Assembly (NCBI RefSeq): GCF_001194135.2
Contig: NC_068981.1
Location: 81,847,303 to 81,906,847 of the forward strand
DNA length: 59,545 bases
Reading direction: 5' to 3'
Source: Octopus bimaculoides
Lineage: Eukaryota
The notes under the pieces were generated by a model that was not told the origin of the DNA, ran no database searches, and was given only the letters and a program-made list of their open reading frames with translations. Positions 36,971 through 50,334 of this stretch are shown in pieces (position 1 is the stretch's first letter; each line of letters begins with the position of its first letter). Position numbers and translations under genes: made by a program.

Positions 36971-39481
36971 GCTAAAGCAAATAGATAAAGATGTCAAAAT
37001 ACAACTTTATTGACAATGAAGAAAGGAAAGAATGATGTGTCAGTAAAGTTTTTGAGCAAAGATGTATGGAGAAAATGCATTCATGTAGTTATATAGTTCT
37101 GTTAAGAAAGAGTCCTTAAAGAAAGAAGTTGAAATAGAAATTGTTCAAATGAATGCGTAGTTCTTGAGAAGACCAATGCTTGATAGAAAGATCTTTCAAT
37201 GTTGTTCATATTACTAGAATCCATTTGGATGATCATGTAAATTTGTAAAGTATGCAAAAAAAAAAAAAAAAAATTGTCTGGTTTGACATGTGTAGATAAA
37301 AAAAAAAGAGGAAATAGGTCACAATTTTTCATATATAAATTCATAAGTATCATTTTCACAGGTTGAGATAACAAAAGATTCTTATAGGTGCTAGCCACCT
37401 CTATCCCATCTAAACCAACTCTCCTCGCATTCTTATGAAACTCTCCACTCTGTCCCTCCTGTCAACTCACCCAGTTCACTTCTCTGTAACATTTCACCTA
37501 TATTCACACCTCACTACTGTACCTTGAGTGTATGTCCTGATACATAACCACCACCATCTCTATCTTTTATCCTTTCTTCTCCAACTGGAATATCCTTGTA
37601 TCCCTTCTACAAGACACCTATCTCTATCTCTCTATTATTCTTTCAATATCTCATCAACTGGCACAAAGCCACCTCCCTCAATAGTATTCCCCTTCACCCA
37701 GTTGAGGGGAATGTCTTGTCATGCAAGTTACTTGGTGACCCCAACCAGTGTTCATGCCATGAAAAATCACTCAGTACATTTTGTAAAATGGTTGGCATAG
37801 AAACCATGTCAAAACAGACAAGAGAGCCTGGCACAACCCTCTGGCTTGCCAGCTCTTATAACCCATGTCAGCATAGAAAATGGATATTAAACAAAGATGA
37901 GGATATTAATTAAAACTCTAGTCAGGCTCTGACTCTAAATGCAAGCTATTGATTATATATTTTACAGAATATTTTAAAATTGAAATAAAATTCTTTTATT
38001 TATAAAATTGAGCTGTGAGCTGGACTAAATTTCGCCACGGGACAGGCCAGATCTGACATGTCTTATGTTTGACACCTTTGCAGCAGAGGATTTCTTGTTG
38101 GTTGGTGTGCATAAAATGTTTGTGCTGGTAGGGTGAGAGGGAAAGAGAAAAACAAAAGTGTGCATGTGTATGTTTGGTACATCATTATGAGTATAATTAA
38201 TGCTAAGGTTAATTTTGTCCTTCATTAATAAAATATATATGAATTATGCCCTCAGTTAGGTGAAGGCATGGTAGTATGCTTGGAACAATAGATCTATGAA
38301 TTGTACCTAGTCATTAATTTGACCAGCTTTATAAAGCTGTCCTCATTCATCTGTATCACACTTCCGTACCAGTCTAGTCTTCTAACACATGACATCTGAT
38401 TCCTCTTTTGCTCAGACAAAAAGAGAAGTACTTGCATCTAGTGAGTTTGGGAGGATGTAACATGACATGGTCAAGAGACTATTTTAGGAATATTAGAAAT
38501 TCAGCAATTCTTTTAGAGTTGGTGATTGGAGGCATGCCTAACATGTAAGCAAACATAATAAGTGATCCATCTCAAATGTGTGAGCAATACTCTAATGTAA
38601 AAAAATATTTGTCTCTTATTAATCAGTAGTTGTTCAGGACTAAAACAGCTTTTGTGAGAGTTTTAGATATTCAAAAAATGTGTCATTGTAATTGCTAACA
38701 TTTGTGGAAATACAATGATTCTGTTACTACTGAATGAAACTAGGCTGGTGAGTCTTTATTCACCATCATCTTTTAAGTCAGTTTTTCATTGCTGGTTTGG
38801 TTCTTGCAATCACAATAGATATTTGCAGACACCTTTAACTACACATCCTTTTATGCAGAGAAAATTTCATCCAGTCTCCATTCTCAAGTAAATGAGGATA
38901 CAGAATATCATCCACCTGAAACCTTCATATCTTCCACCAACCATGTACAACCTCTTCTCATAATACTTGTCATCTGTTTTACGAGGCCTGGTATCCTAAA
39001 TCAGACCACATTATTTTTTCTCCTACAAGCTTCTTCCACTTGCATTTTTACAATCAACTAACATCCTTCATAGGCACCATATTAACAGTCATCTCTTTTG
39101 TATTAGAGGTATCAATCACAAAACTGTGATTGATACCTCTGGTGCCCAATTTTACATTCATCACACTTGTTCTCTTTTGTGTATGTATGCATACTGGATA
39201 ACGGTATGGCTTTATTTACAACAAAGAAGAAATTACTCCTTGTCTCAACTTTGTTCTCTCAACTGAAATCTTTATAATTTAGTAGGAGGATGACAAGCAG
39301 ATGATGATGATGATGATGACAATCTCCCTATTTTGTAAAGCTCTTTGTAAAACCTTCCATTTTTGAAAAGGATCATTCACCTTGTTCCATAGAATACAAA
39401 TCATAGAAATTCAATACAGATAAATCACTTTGTTAACTGATTCAAAATACTGTTGTTGTACAAACACAGTCAGTGATGTTC

Positions 39482-39705
39482 GAGCAGATGACATATGTCC
39501 CACAGTGATAATTAAGCAGACGACCAAGGGCACACACTAATATTTGAGCCAATGACCTAGGTCATACAGAAAGGATTCAGCTGACGACCTAGGTCACAAC
39601 ACAATAATATTTAAGCAGACGACATAGATTACAAATTGATACTTAAGCAGACGACAAAGGTCACATAATGATACCAAAGCAGACGACCTATATCATTCAG
39701 TCATT
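39482..39705. repeat. Degenerate minisatellite, 7 units, 32 bp period
   Basis: Units start at about 39482, 39514, 39546, 39578, 39613, 39645 and 39677; core aagcagacgac(c/a)t(a)ggtcaca. Confidence 0.85.
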
Positions 39706-41300
39706 GCTAACTCGTCACAATTGTGTCGTGTAAGCGCGGTATGTGCCCCCCCCCCACTTCCAGTTTACATTCTTCAACAAAAACATCTACACAAAAGCAT
39801 TGACTTATAGCGTCCAGCGAAGATATAAGTTTCAAATTTGTTTTATTTATAGTGAATATTCAACCAAATACGTTAAACAGTACTATATTTGTGTGCGCGT
39901 GGAGAGAGATGAAAAAATAGAGATATATTGTAAATAGTGAAAATATAGTACTAATCAAAATTCCTTAAATTGAAAATAAAAATGAAATTTGCTTAATATA
40001 TTAAAAGAAAGAAAATTTTTCAAAAGGTTTATCTTCACTGACAAATATCACCAGTCGAATGGGAATACTGTGTAAAAATAACAACAAAATCACTTTCTCA
40101 TCACTTCGCTATTGTATACTATACTTCCATATGAGCGGATAATATACTATCAAATCTACGAGGAGACAGAACACGGGACTAAAGAGCTTCTACCTGGTTA
40201 CTCAACTTGCCAAAAATAGCAACCAAGTTTCCCTCAAATCACATCCTCACGTCTCTTAAAAAAAAAAATGTAGTCTTAAATATACAAAGAGATAAGGTTG
40301 TCAGAGCTACACTGATAAATCTGCTTGACATTGAAAAAACAAAAGACTTTTCGAAGTTCGTGTTTATCTTAAAAACATTAGACATACTGTACATATTTAT
40401 TCAATTACTTCGTAGAAATAAATGCTATAAATAAACGTAGTTTGAAAAGTGTGTCTAAAAGGCCCCGCCTATCGTGTTTACACTTTCATTTCACGAGACG
40501 AGTGAATCTTCACATGATCGCTTAAACTGCTAAAAATGGCAGCAAAATCACTTTCTAATCACGTTGTTATTGTATTCTTTAATGAAAATGGAAGACACTT
40601 TAGATAATATGATATTAGATACATTGTTCTGGATAAGAGACAGATAGTCATGGTTGGACGTCTTAATCATTACCAACTTCGGATTAAATCATTGCTTATG
40701 ACACAGAGTCAACATTTTGCGTCAACAAAATATGAGAGGCCTATTTAAAATCGTGCTAGAGATTTTTAAACAATTCCGTTCAAGTTTTTTTTTCTCTTAT
40801 ATTCAATAAAAATATCGCAATGATAAAGTTTCACACACTGGACATTAAAAATAAGCTTTTATCGTCCAAAGCCCAATAACAATATTCTATTAAGCTAGTG
40901 TGCGTTAAGTTGTTTTGAAAATATATTTACCTAGTTTACGTAGGTAAATATAAGAAATTATTCTTATTGATTATATTCTTAACTATTTCTGCTACGGAAT
41001 TTTGTTCTGTATCTTAATGAAATTTTTTTCATTGTTAAAGACTATCAAGATTTATGAAATTATACAGAAAAGCTTTTACTTTGTTTCCACAAACTGTAAT
41101 ATTATACAAATACGGGTTACGACGTTGAATGTGGTGCATTATCAATAGTAATAAATATCACAGCTATCCTTTACTATGACCTGTAAACGCACAAAATACA
41201 AGAGACCTTTTCAATTAATTAAAATCCTATTACCCTATTACAATAAAACAAAAGTGTCGAATTAGTGAAATTAAGCGTTGTGGTAGCATATAACGCATTA

Positions 41301-41341
<41 letters not shown>

Positions 41342-41503
41342 TCTCAAAAGGAAGAATAGCATTCTAGATATATATTAATGGGATTTAACAGAAATTGTGA
41401 GAATTGTAGGAAACGATATTAACAGACCACGCCTTACAGAGAAAACAATAGAATGATTGAAGTGAGCAACATGTACGTAATTGACAAACAATATGCCATT
41501 TAC

Positions 41504-41627
41504 CTTTATTAGTTGGATCTTCAAGAAACTGTTTAAAACCAGTTACAAGTTCTTTGTTAGTGCATTTCCCACCAGTTTCTATCATAAAGTTTAAAACAGA
41601 CTCTAAACTTAATTCGCTAACCGCCAT
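41504..41627 (-). CDS. SOWAH: SOWAH-family ankyrin-repeat protein, coding exon 1 (MAVSELSLESVLNFMIETGGKCTNKELVTGFKQFLEDPTNK)
   Basis: ATG in good Kozak context (gaacATGG). The peptide matches the N-terminal motif I recognise in SOWAH/sosondowah proteins (small helical domain, GGKxxNxELV..FK.FL). Donor AAAG|gtaaat, phase 1, 124 nt. Family call is from recall, not a search. Confidence 0.85.
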
Positions 41628-41649
41628 GTTCAGTAAATAAACATCTCCA

Positions 41650-41664
41650 CCGGAACCGGAAGTG
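41650..41664. promoter_or_regulatory. Tandem ETS/GABP-like sites at the SOWAH promoter or 5' UTR
   Basis: CCGGAACCGGAAGTG lies 23-37 nt upstream of the ATG in a CpG-retaining region. CCGGAAGTG is the established ETS consensus at animal housekeeping promoters. Confidence 0.55.
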
Positions 41665-42647
41665 TTGCCAACTGACTTTAAAGTTTATATGGGCTGGAGT
41701 GACAACGAATGTCACATTTCTGGTTGTTTTGATATTATATGATTACGTTTTTAATAAGGATTTGAATTGTTATGGTGTACTTTAAAACTAAGAGAATTCA
41801 AAACTGCTTTAACACTTGACATACTCGAATAATTAAGAATTTTAATCTAATTATCTTTTTACTGATAATATAGTTAATATATTTGAAACTCAAAATAATG
41901 CAAATATTGTAATTAGTATATTTGTGTGTTAATTAGTTAATATATAGATTAGCTTGGTTTCCCGTTCAGCTATTTGTTTTGCATGCCAATATTGTTTTAT
42001 TAATAATATTTGACCGGCCGAGAACAGTCCAAAACTTTTTTGTTTTGTGGCCAACAAAATAGCATTGTCGTTATTTTATAACTCCAGGTTATCTCTGATT
42101 GAGTAGGTCTTGGATCGAAAGCATTTAAACGATGATTAACTCGTCTTTTTAAAGAGGTTTGTCGGACCATGTTTTCAAATGTGTTTTTTTCTGTCCCGAA
42201 GACGACAGAATGCGATATAAGGGAAATTCTGCTGTTATTTCTAGCAAGTGAAACGACCATGTGGAGGCTCTGAAACTTAATCTAGTATGTGAAATATAAA
42301 TTGGGACTAATAATATAATCTGTCTGGTCTGACTTTGTTTGGTTACACAATTTATTTTGTTTTAATTCGTGTCTCTTTGTTTATTCTCACCTTGTATCTT
42401 AATTTGTATTTTACTTTAAAGAATTAAGATAACCTGTTTTGTAACTTTGTTGAGACGTCTAGGTGTAGGTGGTTGCTAATTAAGTATGAATATGTAAATT
42501 CACATTACACCGTCTAAAATCTAAAGCAAATGTTTCCTAGGCGGAAAACGGTGGACGAAGAGATTATAGATATCAGTGAATGTGAGATCGCACTGAACTA
42601 TGGTATGGAAACATTATACTGAACTTCAATATCGCTTTACCCTCTAG

Positions 42648-43329
42648 CAGTGGCGGTTCGTAGATAAAATCAGTGGGGTTGCTGCTTCAGAGAATTTTTA
42701 GCCATCATTTTAATATTGTGTAAAAGGAAACGAACATATAAAAAAAATATTTATACATTAACTTAATCGGTTTGCGTTTTAGCCACTGCAGAGTAGTGTG
42801 TTTAATTTGTTCACTGAACACTCCTCAAATTCCACCCTTCTTTTTCAAAAATCGGCGCCTAAATCACAAAATAATGGGGAAAATCAGGCCTATTTTTCAA
42901 ATCCTGACAGCAACACTGAAGGGGGATAATCTAATTCTACACTTTATCACATTCAAGAATATAAACACCTTTTTAAGTACAACACACGTGGAGTCAAAAA
43001 GAAACACTACCTTTCACCTGCACAGTGAGAATGACAGTGCTCTCTCTCCCTAACGTGAAGCTTCCTATCTTGGACATGTGAGCATGCACACAACAGCCAA
43101 ACAGCGCGTCAATGGAACTGTGAAGCGCACAGTTCTATAAAAGGATTTTTGTATCTTTTTCATAAACTAGGGAATAGCTACTGACATGAAGCTTAATGAT
43201 TTATATACTGTACAAGTATAAAGAAAGAGTTAAAGAAAAAAGGACTCAATATATTGAATGTTATCGATAATATCGAGTGGAAATAGGGGGTGCTGCAGTT
43301 CTGCAGTGCTTATACACGAGCTGCCACTG
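42648..43329. mobile_element. hAT-type MITE
   Basis: TIRs cagtggcggttcg and cgagctgccactg; 8 bp TSD ccctctag / cccgctag (7 of 8 match), the hAT hallmark. Confidence 0.75.
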
Positions 43330-44654
43330 CCCGCTAGAAATAGCTGCCAGATCTCTGTCAAGCCACACACCTTATAGCCTTAAATGAAGAAGAACCACCT
43401 ACTGGATAATATGAATCTAAATGAGCTGCTGGAAAAAAAAAATGATGATCATGGATGGATGCCTTTGATTTTAGGTCTACTCAATCCAGGCTAAGAAAGA
43501 ACAACTGTCTTATCGCTTGTAGCGATCTTAGGTGGAGTTTAATGGTACCTTTAGCAGAGGATCTCACTTAGTACCTTGGCACCTTGGGTTTTTAGCAGAG
43601 GAATTCACTCTGTTGCAAGGACTCAGGTCAGTTTTCTAGTTTGGGAATGTCTTCCTCTCTCCCTCTATTCAGTCTTGAATGTTCTCTAAAGGGTCAGTAC
43701 ACCAGGGGTGTATATTCCTGGTGTGCACTGCACCCCCATTGGAAATGGCAAAGTCATTATAAATATTAACATTATTCGTTAATTTAATCACAAATCTTAA
43801 TGGAAAACTTTTGTTACACCCCTGTTGAAATTTGGTGGTATTGGAAGTGGCAGCAAACCCTATACAACCTGAGATGGACCCGGTGGGGAGGGGCATGTGC
43901 CCCCTCCCTCAAGTAAAAAGAAGTGCTTCCTTCTAAATATTATTATGCCCTCTTCTCCTGGAATTGTATTCCCTTCTTTATTTCATAAATTTTGCCATAA
44001 AGGCATTACATAGAGGGGACAAACAAACATAAAGAAGCTGCGGGCTGGACACGGACATTAATGAATGAAATGAATACAAAAAGATGAGTAAAAAATGGAA
44101 ATATTCCTGGGATCATGCCTGACAACAACCGCCATATGCCACTGACTGACACAGCTATTTCTCCTCACTAAAAAGATATAATAAAAGGAGTTTTCTACTG
44201 AAGAACTAGATATTGTGAACCCCTTTTTCTTATGATTTACTGAATACTAAAGTAGCTGATAAACTTATCTATTGCTGATACCATATACGATTTGTTATTA
44301 AACATATGGGAGTTTCTCACATACGTAATATAGTTGAAAAACTTCAGTTAATAGCAGTTATCTCATGTAAAGTTTCCTCTAGTGCTGTTAAAAATCTTAA
44401 AAACAACATGTATATAAAATAACTACAATGAAATCTGCTACATGAAAACCTGGGACAATAAAGACTATGCCAACAAAAAAGGACCTTTGCCTTAAAGCCA
44501 ACTGGTGAAAGAAAATGACATGTTTCGGTCTTATTAGACTTCCTCAATAAAACATTCTAGTCATTGGTCACACACGTAATTTATTGAGTAATCCATCCAT
44601 CCATCCAGCCACCCATCCATCCATCCATATGTGTGTGTGTGTGTATATGTTTAT

Positions 44655-44744
<90 letters not shown>

Positions 44745-46319
44745 GTATGTATAAAATTAACAGAATGAGATAGAAACNNNNNNNNNNNNNNNNNNNNNNN
44801 NNNNNNNNNNNNNNNNNNNNNNNNNNNNNNNNNNNNNNNNNNNNNNNNNNNNNNNNNNNNNNNNNNNNNNNNNNNNNNNNNNNNNNNNNNNNNNNNNNNN
44901 NNNNNNNNNNNNNNNNNNNNNNNNNNNNNNNNNNNNNNNNNNNNNNNNNNNNNNNNNNNNNNNNNNNNNNNNNNNNNNNNNNNNNNNNNNNNNNNNNNNN
45001 NNNNNNNNNNNNNNNNNNNNNNNNNNNNNNNNNNNNNNNNNNNNNNNNNNNNNNNNNNNNNNNNNNNNNNNNNNNNNNNNNNNNNNNNNNNNNNNNNNNN
45101 NNNNNNNNNNNNNNNNNNNNNNNNNNNNNNNNNNNNNNNNNNNNNNNNNNNNNNNNNNNNNNNNNNNNNNNNNNNNNNNNNNNNNNNNNNNNNNNNNNNN
45201 NNNNNNNNNNNNNNNNNNNNNNNNNNNNNNNNNNNNNNNNNNNNNNNNNNNNNNNNNNNNNNNNNNNNNNNNNNNNNNNNNNNNNNNNNNNNNNNNNNNN
45301 NNNNNNNNNNNNNNNNNNNNNNNNNNNNNNNNNNNNNNNNNNNNNNNNNNNNNNNNNNNNNNNNNNNNNNNNNNNNNNNNNNNNNNNNNNNNNNNNNNNN
45401 NNNNNNNNNNNNNNNNNNNNNCATATATGCATACATACTTGCATTCATGCATACATACATACATGCATTCATGCATACATTCATACATACATACATACAT
45501 ATACATACACATACATGATTTGAAAACTACAGATCCATGCTATCACTGGAAATGTAAAAATTTCTAGACGTTTATCATTTTAGTATATATGCGCATGTCT
45601 AGACATGCAACGATGTGCATGAGAATACATACATAACACATAGCATAGAAATCTGTACATGCACCCTTCTCCAAATACTGCACATATGCACACACACATG
45701 CAAAAGTACCCTGTTGAATTTAAAATTCCAATGAAGGAGCCTTGGATCTAGGTTAGAAATTGGCTCTTTCTCTATTGGCAGGAAATAATGAAATAGAGCT
45801 GAATAATAAGATACATACACACATATCATATGTAAATACATACATACATACATACATACGCACATACGTACATGCAAATGCTAATGCACATGTAGGTGCA
45901 ACCATATGATCCTTGGTTTATCCCGCTGTGTAGCATATTGGACAAAATATCATTTTCTATACCCTTGGGTTGACTATATCATATGTGTGAAATTGAGTAG
46001 GCAGAAGATGTGTAGAAGCTTGTTGGGTGAATTATACCTGCTGTTGAAGAGGAACAGCTATGTGAAGCTGATTCTACCTAATAATAATATTAAGTGAACA
46101 CATGTCTATGGAATGCTAACCACTTATATGCTAATTAAGGAGCTGGTAGTTAACTTGATTGAACAACTGAATTCTCATTGTAGAATGATGGAAAGTCACC
46201 AAGACCACTACCATATGTAGATATAGTAAATAGAAGCTGCACAAGAACCTTGAAAATACAATTATAGTTAATCTAAACAAGATATTTACTCATTGGGAAA
46301 ACACAATTACCCAACAGAT

Positions 46320-46694
46320 TGTTGTTGTTGGCACTCCGTCGCTTATGACGTCGAGGGTTCCAGTTGATCTGATCAACGGAACAGCCTGCTCGTGAAATTA
46401 ACGTGCAAGTGGCTGAGCATTCCACAGATACGTGTAGCCTTAACGTAGTTCTTGGGGATATTCAGCGTGACACAGTGTGACAAGGCTGGCCCTTTGAATT
46501 ACAGGCACAACAGAAACAGGAAGTAAGAGTGAGACAAAGTTGTGGTGGAAGAGTACAGCAGGGTTCGCCACCATCCCCTGCCGGAACCTCGTGGAGCTTT
46601 AGGTGTTTTCGCTCAACAAACACTGACAACGTCCGGTCTGGGAATCGAAACCGCGAGGCCGCTGCCCTAACCACTGGGCCATTGCGCCTCCACA
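46320..46694 (-). mobile_element. tRNA-derived SINE family B, full length, 11 bp TSD
   Basis: Reverse complement of the 24041 element; TSD acccaacagat at 46309-46319 and 46695-46705. Confidence 0.9.
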
Positions 46695-48143
46695 ACCCAA
46701 CAGATAATCGCTCTATAACTTTAAGTGTATATGGATTAAACTAATAATGGGAAAAATGCTTTCAAGTTTTGGCACAAAGCCAACAGTTTTGAGGGGAGGT
46801 GGCAGACAAGTTGACTATATTGACTACAGTACTTGATTGGCATTTAAGTTGGATTTGAATTCAGAATGTAAAGATTTGGAAGAGATGCTGCTGAGCTGAC
46901 ACACTAATAATTCTGCCAGCATGCTGCCTTAATAAATAGGAAGAATGGACTCCAAATTTGTCACATAAAGACAATATGGAATATTTGTCAAAAGTTATAT
47001 AAGGCATCTAGATGTTTTGGTGACTAATCACCTCATTAATTGCTTTTAGACTAAAAATAGTTACTAGCTCAACAACGCTATATTTAGCAGTTACTAATAA
47101 CATGAGTGGTCATATATTTATTAAGTAAGAATGGACAGCAGTTACTTTAGATAACAACAAAAAATAATAACTCTTTGGAAAGGTAGTGAAAATACTTTCA
47201 TGGGGCTCAGCTGGAGAAATATAAGTTGTTGGTGGTGGTAGTAGTGGCAGTGGTAGTGAGGTACTTAGGTACATGCAAGGAGTCATATGATTGTTAAATG
47301 CACATAATCTTAAGCAGTACAATTTTAGTTCATGGAAATGAGGTATTTAGTCACTGAGAGGACACAATGTTGTAACAGGTAGTTAGTGCAATGAGTTTGT
47401 GGCTATGAATTTACAAAAATTATGTAAATAATATATACAGGCTCAGGAGTGGCTGTGAGGTAAGTAGCTTGCTTACCAACCACATGGTTCTAGGTTCAGT
47501 CCCACTGCGTGGCACCATGAGCAAGTGTCTTCTACTATAGCCTCAGGCTGACCAAAGCCTTGTGAGTAGCTTTGGTAGATGGAAACTGAAAGAAGTCTGT
47601 CGTAAGTCCTGCAGTTGATTTCTTCGACTAAAAGGTGGTGCTCCAGCATGGCCACAGTCAAATAACTGAAACAAGTAAAAGAGTATATTTAGATATACTG
47701 CAAAAAAAAAAAGAAAATTAAATATTTACTGCAAGTTATACATATACACATATCAGTGTATCACTGTAGTGACCAGACTATCAGCTACTGTTATACACCA
47801 CTAGTCACAATGCACTTCCTGGACACACAGGCAACAGTTATCAGCTTCTGGGTATGAAGAAGTACTAATTTCATTTTGATGTCTAGGATTTCCAGGTCTT
47901 TCTAAACTATGCTTTTGACTTGAACTTTTTGACTTGGACTTGACCAAGACAAAAGGAGAAGTTTGTTGTGATTCGGTAAGAGACTGAAGACATGCATTTC
48001 ATAAACCATAACCACATTGATGGATATTACATCTTTTCTAAGCAGCACAAGTTCACTTTTTTCAGATTTTAGGTCATGTGCATTCCGAATACTTTCTACC
48101 TAGTCATAGGGGTAGCTGTGTAGTTAAGCAGTTTGCATCCCAA

Positions 48144-48179
<36 letters not shown>

Positions 48180-49627
48180 ACGCGCACGCGCACACACACA
48201 CACATACACACACACACGCACACACATACACACACACACACACATACACACACACACACTGGAACTATAAGAATTTGTAAAACTTTTCAGAAGTTTATCA
48301 TTTCAGTATATATGAGCAACTATATACATGAGAATACATACATAAAACAAAGCATACATACATACATACAAAAATAACCTATTGATGTTGTTGAAATTCC
48401 AATGAAGGAGTCTTGGATCTAGGTTAGAAACCAGCTCTTTCTCTATTAACAACAAATTTTGAAATAGAATTGAATAAGGACATACATACATAGAAAAATA
48501 AAAGACAAAGAGGACATTTGTGGACCATTGATATGGAGTTAGTGAATCCAGTACCCAAGATACACATTTAGCATCATACCTATTATTATTGGAGCAACAG
48601 AATACATAACAACCCATCCGAAGCAAAGCAAGTTTCTTGGAGAGAAATGCAGAACCTTAATTCCTACACTGCAAATAGTCTTGATACTTGGGACTATAAA
48701 GATCTGCTAGACCTTCTTAAAATTGAAAGGATGATGAACACATTGTTTCACAACTTTGCTACCAGGCAGGTGGGTAGTCAAAATGTAGTCAAAATTTAAA
48801 AGCGACAGAGAACATACATACATACATACATATGCAGTACCAGGCAATGGCTCTCATGGCTTCTGATCTTAACTGATTGAGAGTGTTATCATGTACATTG
48901 TTTTGTCTTGGTTTAAAAGATGGGCTACAGCAAATATTCTACTCAATATCAGAGATATGCTTGTCAGTTGTTTGACCTAAACCAGTTGAGTATGTCCCTT
49001 AATGGCTGACGATATGTGCATCTCTGATCACAAACATAAGTAATGGGGGAGCATCATAGCCATGTGTTGAGAGGAATTTTTGGGGGTTTGGATAATTCAC
49101 CTTTGGAAACATAGGTGTTGTGTTCAACTTCCTTAAACAACCCTTATTCAAGGACCATTTAAGCAGGATGGGCTACTTGACCTGAGGAAAATTCTAACTG
49201 GGCCCCACCTGCAAGGTCATGCACCGTTTATCTTGATATGAAATCATCATGTTGTGCACATATTGTTGTGATGCATGTGCTTGGTGTACCCTTATCAGAC
49301 AGGTAGTCATGATGGGTATATTGGACTTCGTATATTTAACTCTAGTGTCACTTTGATGGCATGCACTGCTCTCTCATACATACATACATACATACATACA
49401 AACATACATACATGTGTCTATGGTTGTATGTCTATGTATACACTTTAATGTATTATTTGTTGTAAATATCTCTCTTTTGTATTTATGGAAACTATATATC
49501 ATTGTGCTTGTCAAATGCTTACATATTAAAATATATATACGCATTGTGTATATTTAAGCTCATAGTTTTGATGTTTATGATGTATGAGTATGAGTATCTA
49601 AAGAAGTAATGCTGATATATGCATACA

Positions 49628-49662
<35 letters not shown>

Positions 49663-49714
49663 GCATGCACACACACACACATATGCATATATATATATAT
49701 ACATATATGTAAAT

Positions 49715-49850
49715 TATGTACTTATAGGACACCTATATGTGTATAGCTGTCTCTGTGTGTATGTGTATAAATATATATATATATATAAATATATGTACTT
49801 ATAGGACACCTATATGTGTATAGCTGTCTCTGTGTGTATGTGTATAAATA
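49715..49850. repeat. Recent tandem duplication of a ~57 bp unit
   Basis: tatgtacttataggacacctatatgtgtatagctgtctctgtgtgtatgtgtataaat occurs twice, separated by (TA)n. Confidence 0.85.
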
Positions 49851-50277
49851 AATATATATATATATAACTTGACGACCAAGACAAGTGTGCAGTTACACTA
49901 AATAAAAATATTTGAGATATTTAAAAGAAAAACTATGAAGAAACAAACCGCTCCACCACCAGCTTTTGTGAAGTTATTATATTGCATTGGAAATTTAGCA
50001 TATAAACAGTAGATGAAATACATTAACATAATATGTTGGAATTTTGAATGATTAAAGATAATTTTTAATATTTTTGTGGATGCAACCAATTTTTTGAGTG
50101 GCTAAGGAAAATAGGAAAATAAGCTACTTAGCAAATAGATAAGTAAATAAATAAATAAAAGTAATAACAATAATAATTATTAATAGAATATTTCATTGTT
50201 GATAATTCCATATATATGATGAAAATGTCAATGATGATGAAGATGATTTATATTTTAAAAATGATATTTTCTTGCAG

Positions 50278-50280
50278 TAA

Positions 50281-50315
<35 letters not shown>

Positions 50316-50334
50316 TAATAATAATAATAATAAT
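50278..50334. repeat. (AAT)n microsatellite
   Basis: Directly visible. Many other (TA)n, (CA)n and (TACA)n tracts occur, e.g. 16005, 17390-17970, 26270-26350, 44630-44740, 48146-48258, 59486-59545. Confidence 0.95.

Noticed and set aside
39482-39705. CRISPR-like look of conserved cores with variable spacers
   Set aside because: Eukaryotic intron, core only ~11 nt, spacers are related to each other, and there are no cas genes; it is a degenerate minisatellite.
42000-42260. 86 aa minus-strand ORF upstream of SOWAH
   Set aside because: No recognisable motif, no in-frame donor linking it to exon 1, and exon 1 has its own good start; length is within chance.
47898-47975. Plus-strand exon-like segment with strong donor ttcg|gtaaga
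   Set aside because: Stops in all three frames and no partner exons identified.
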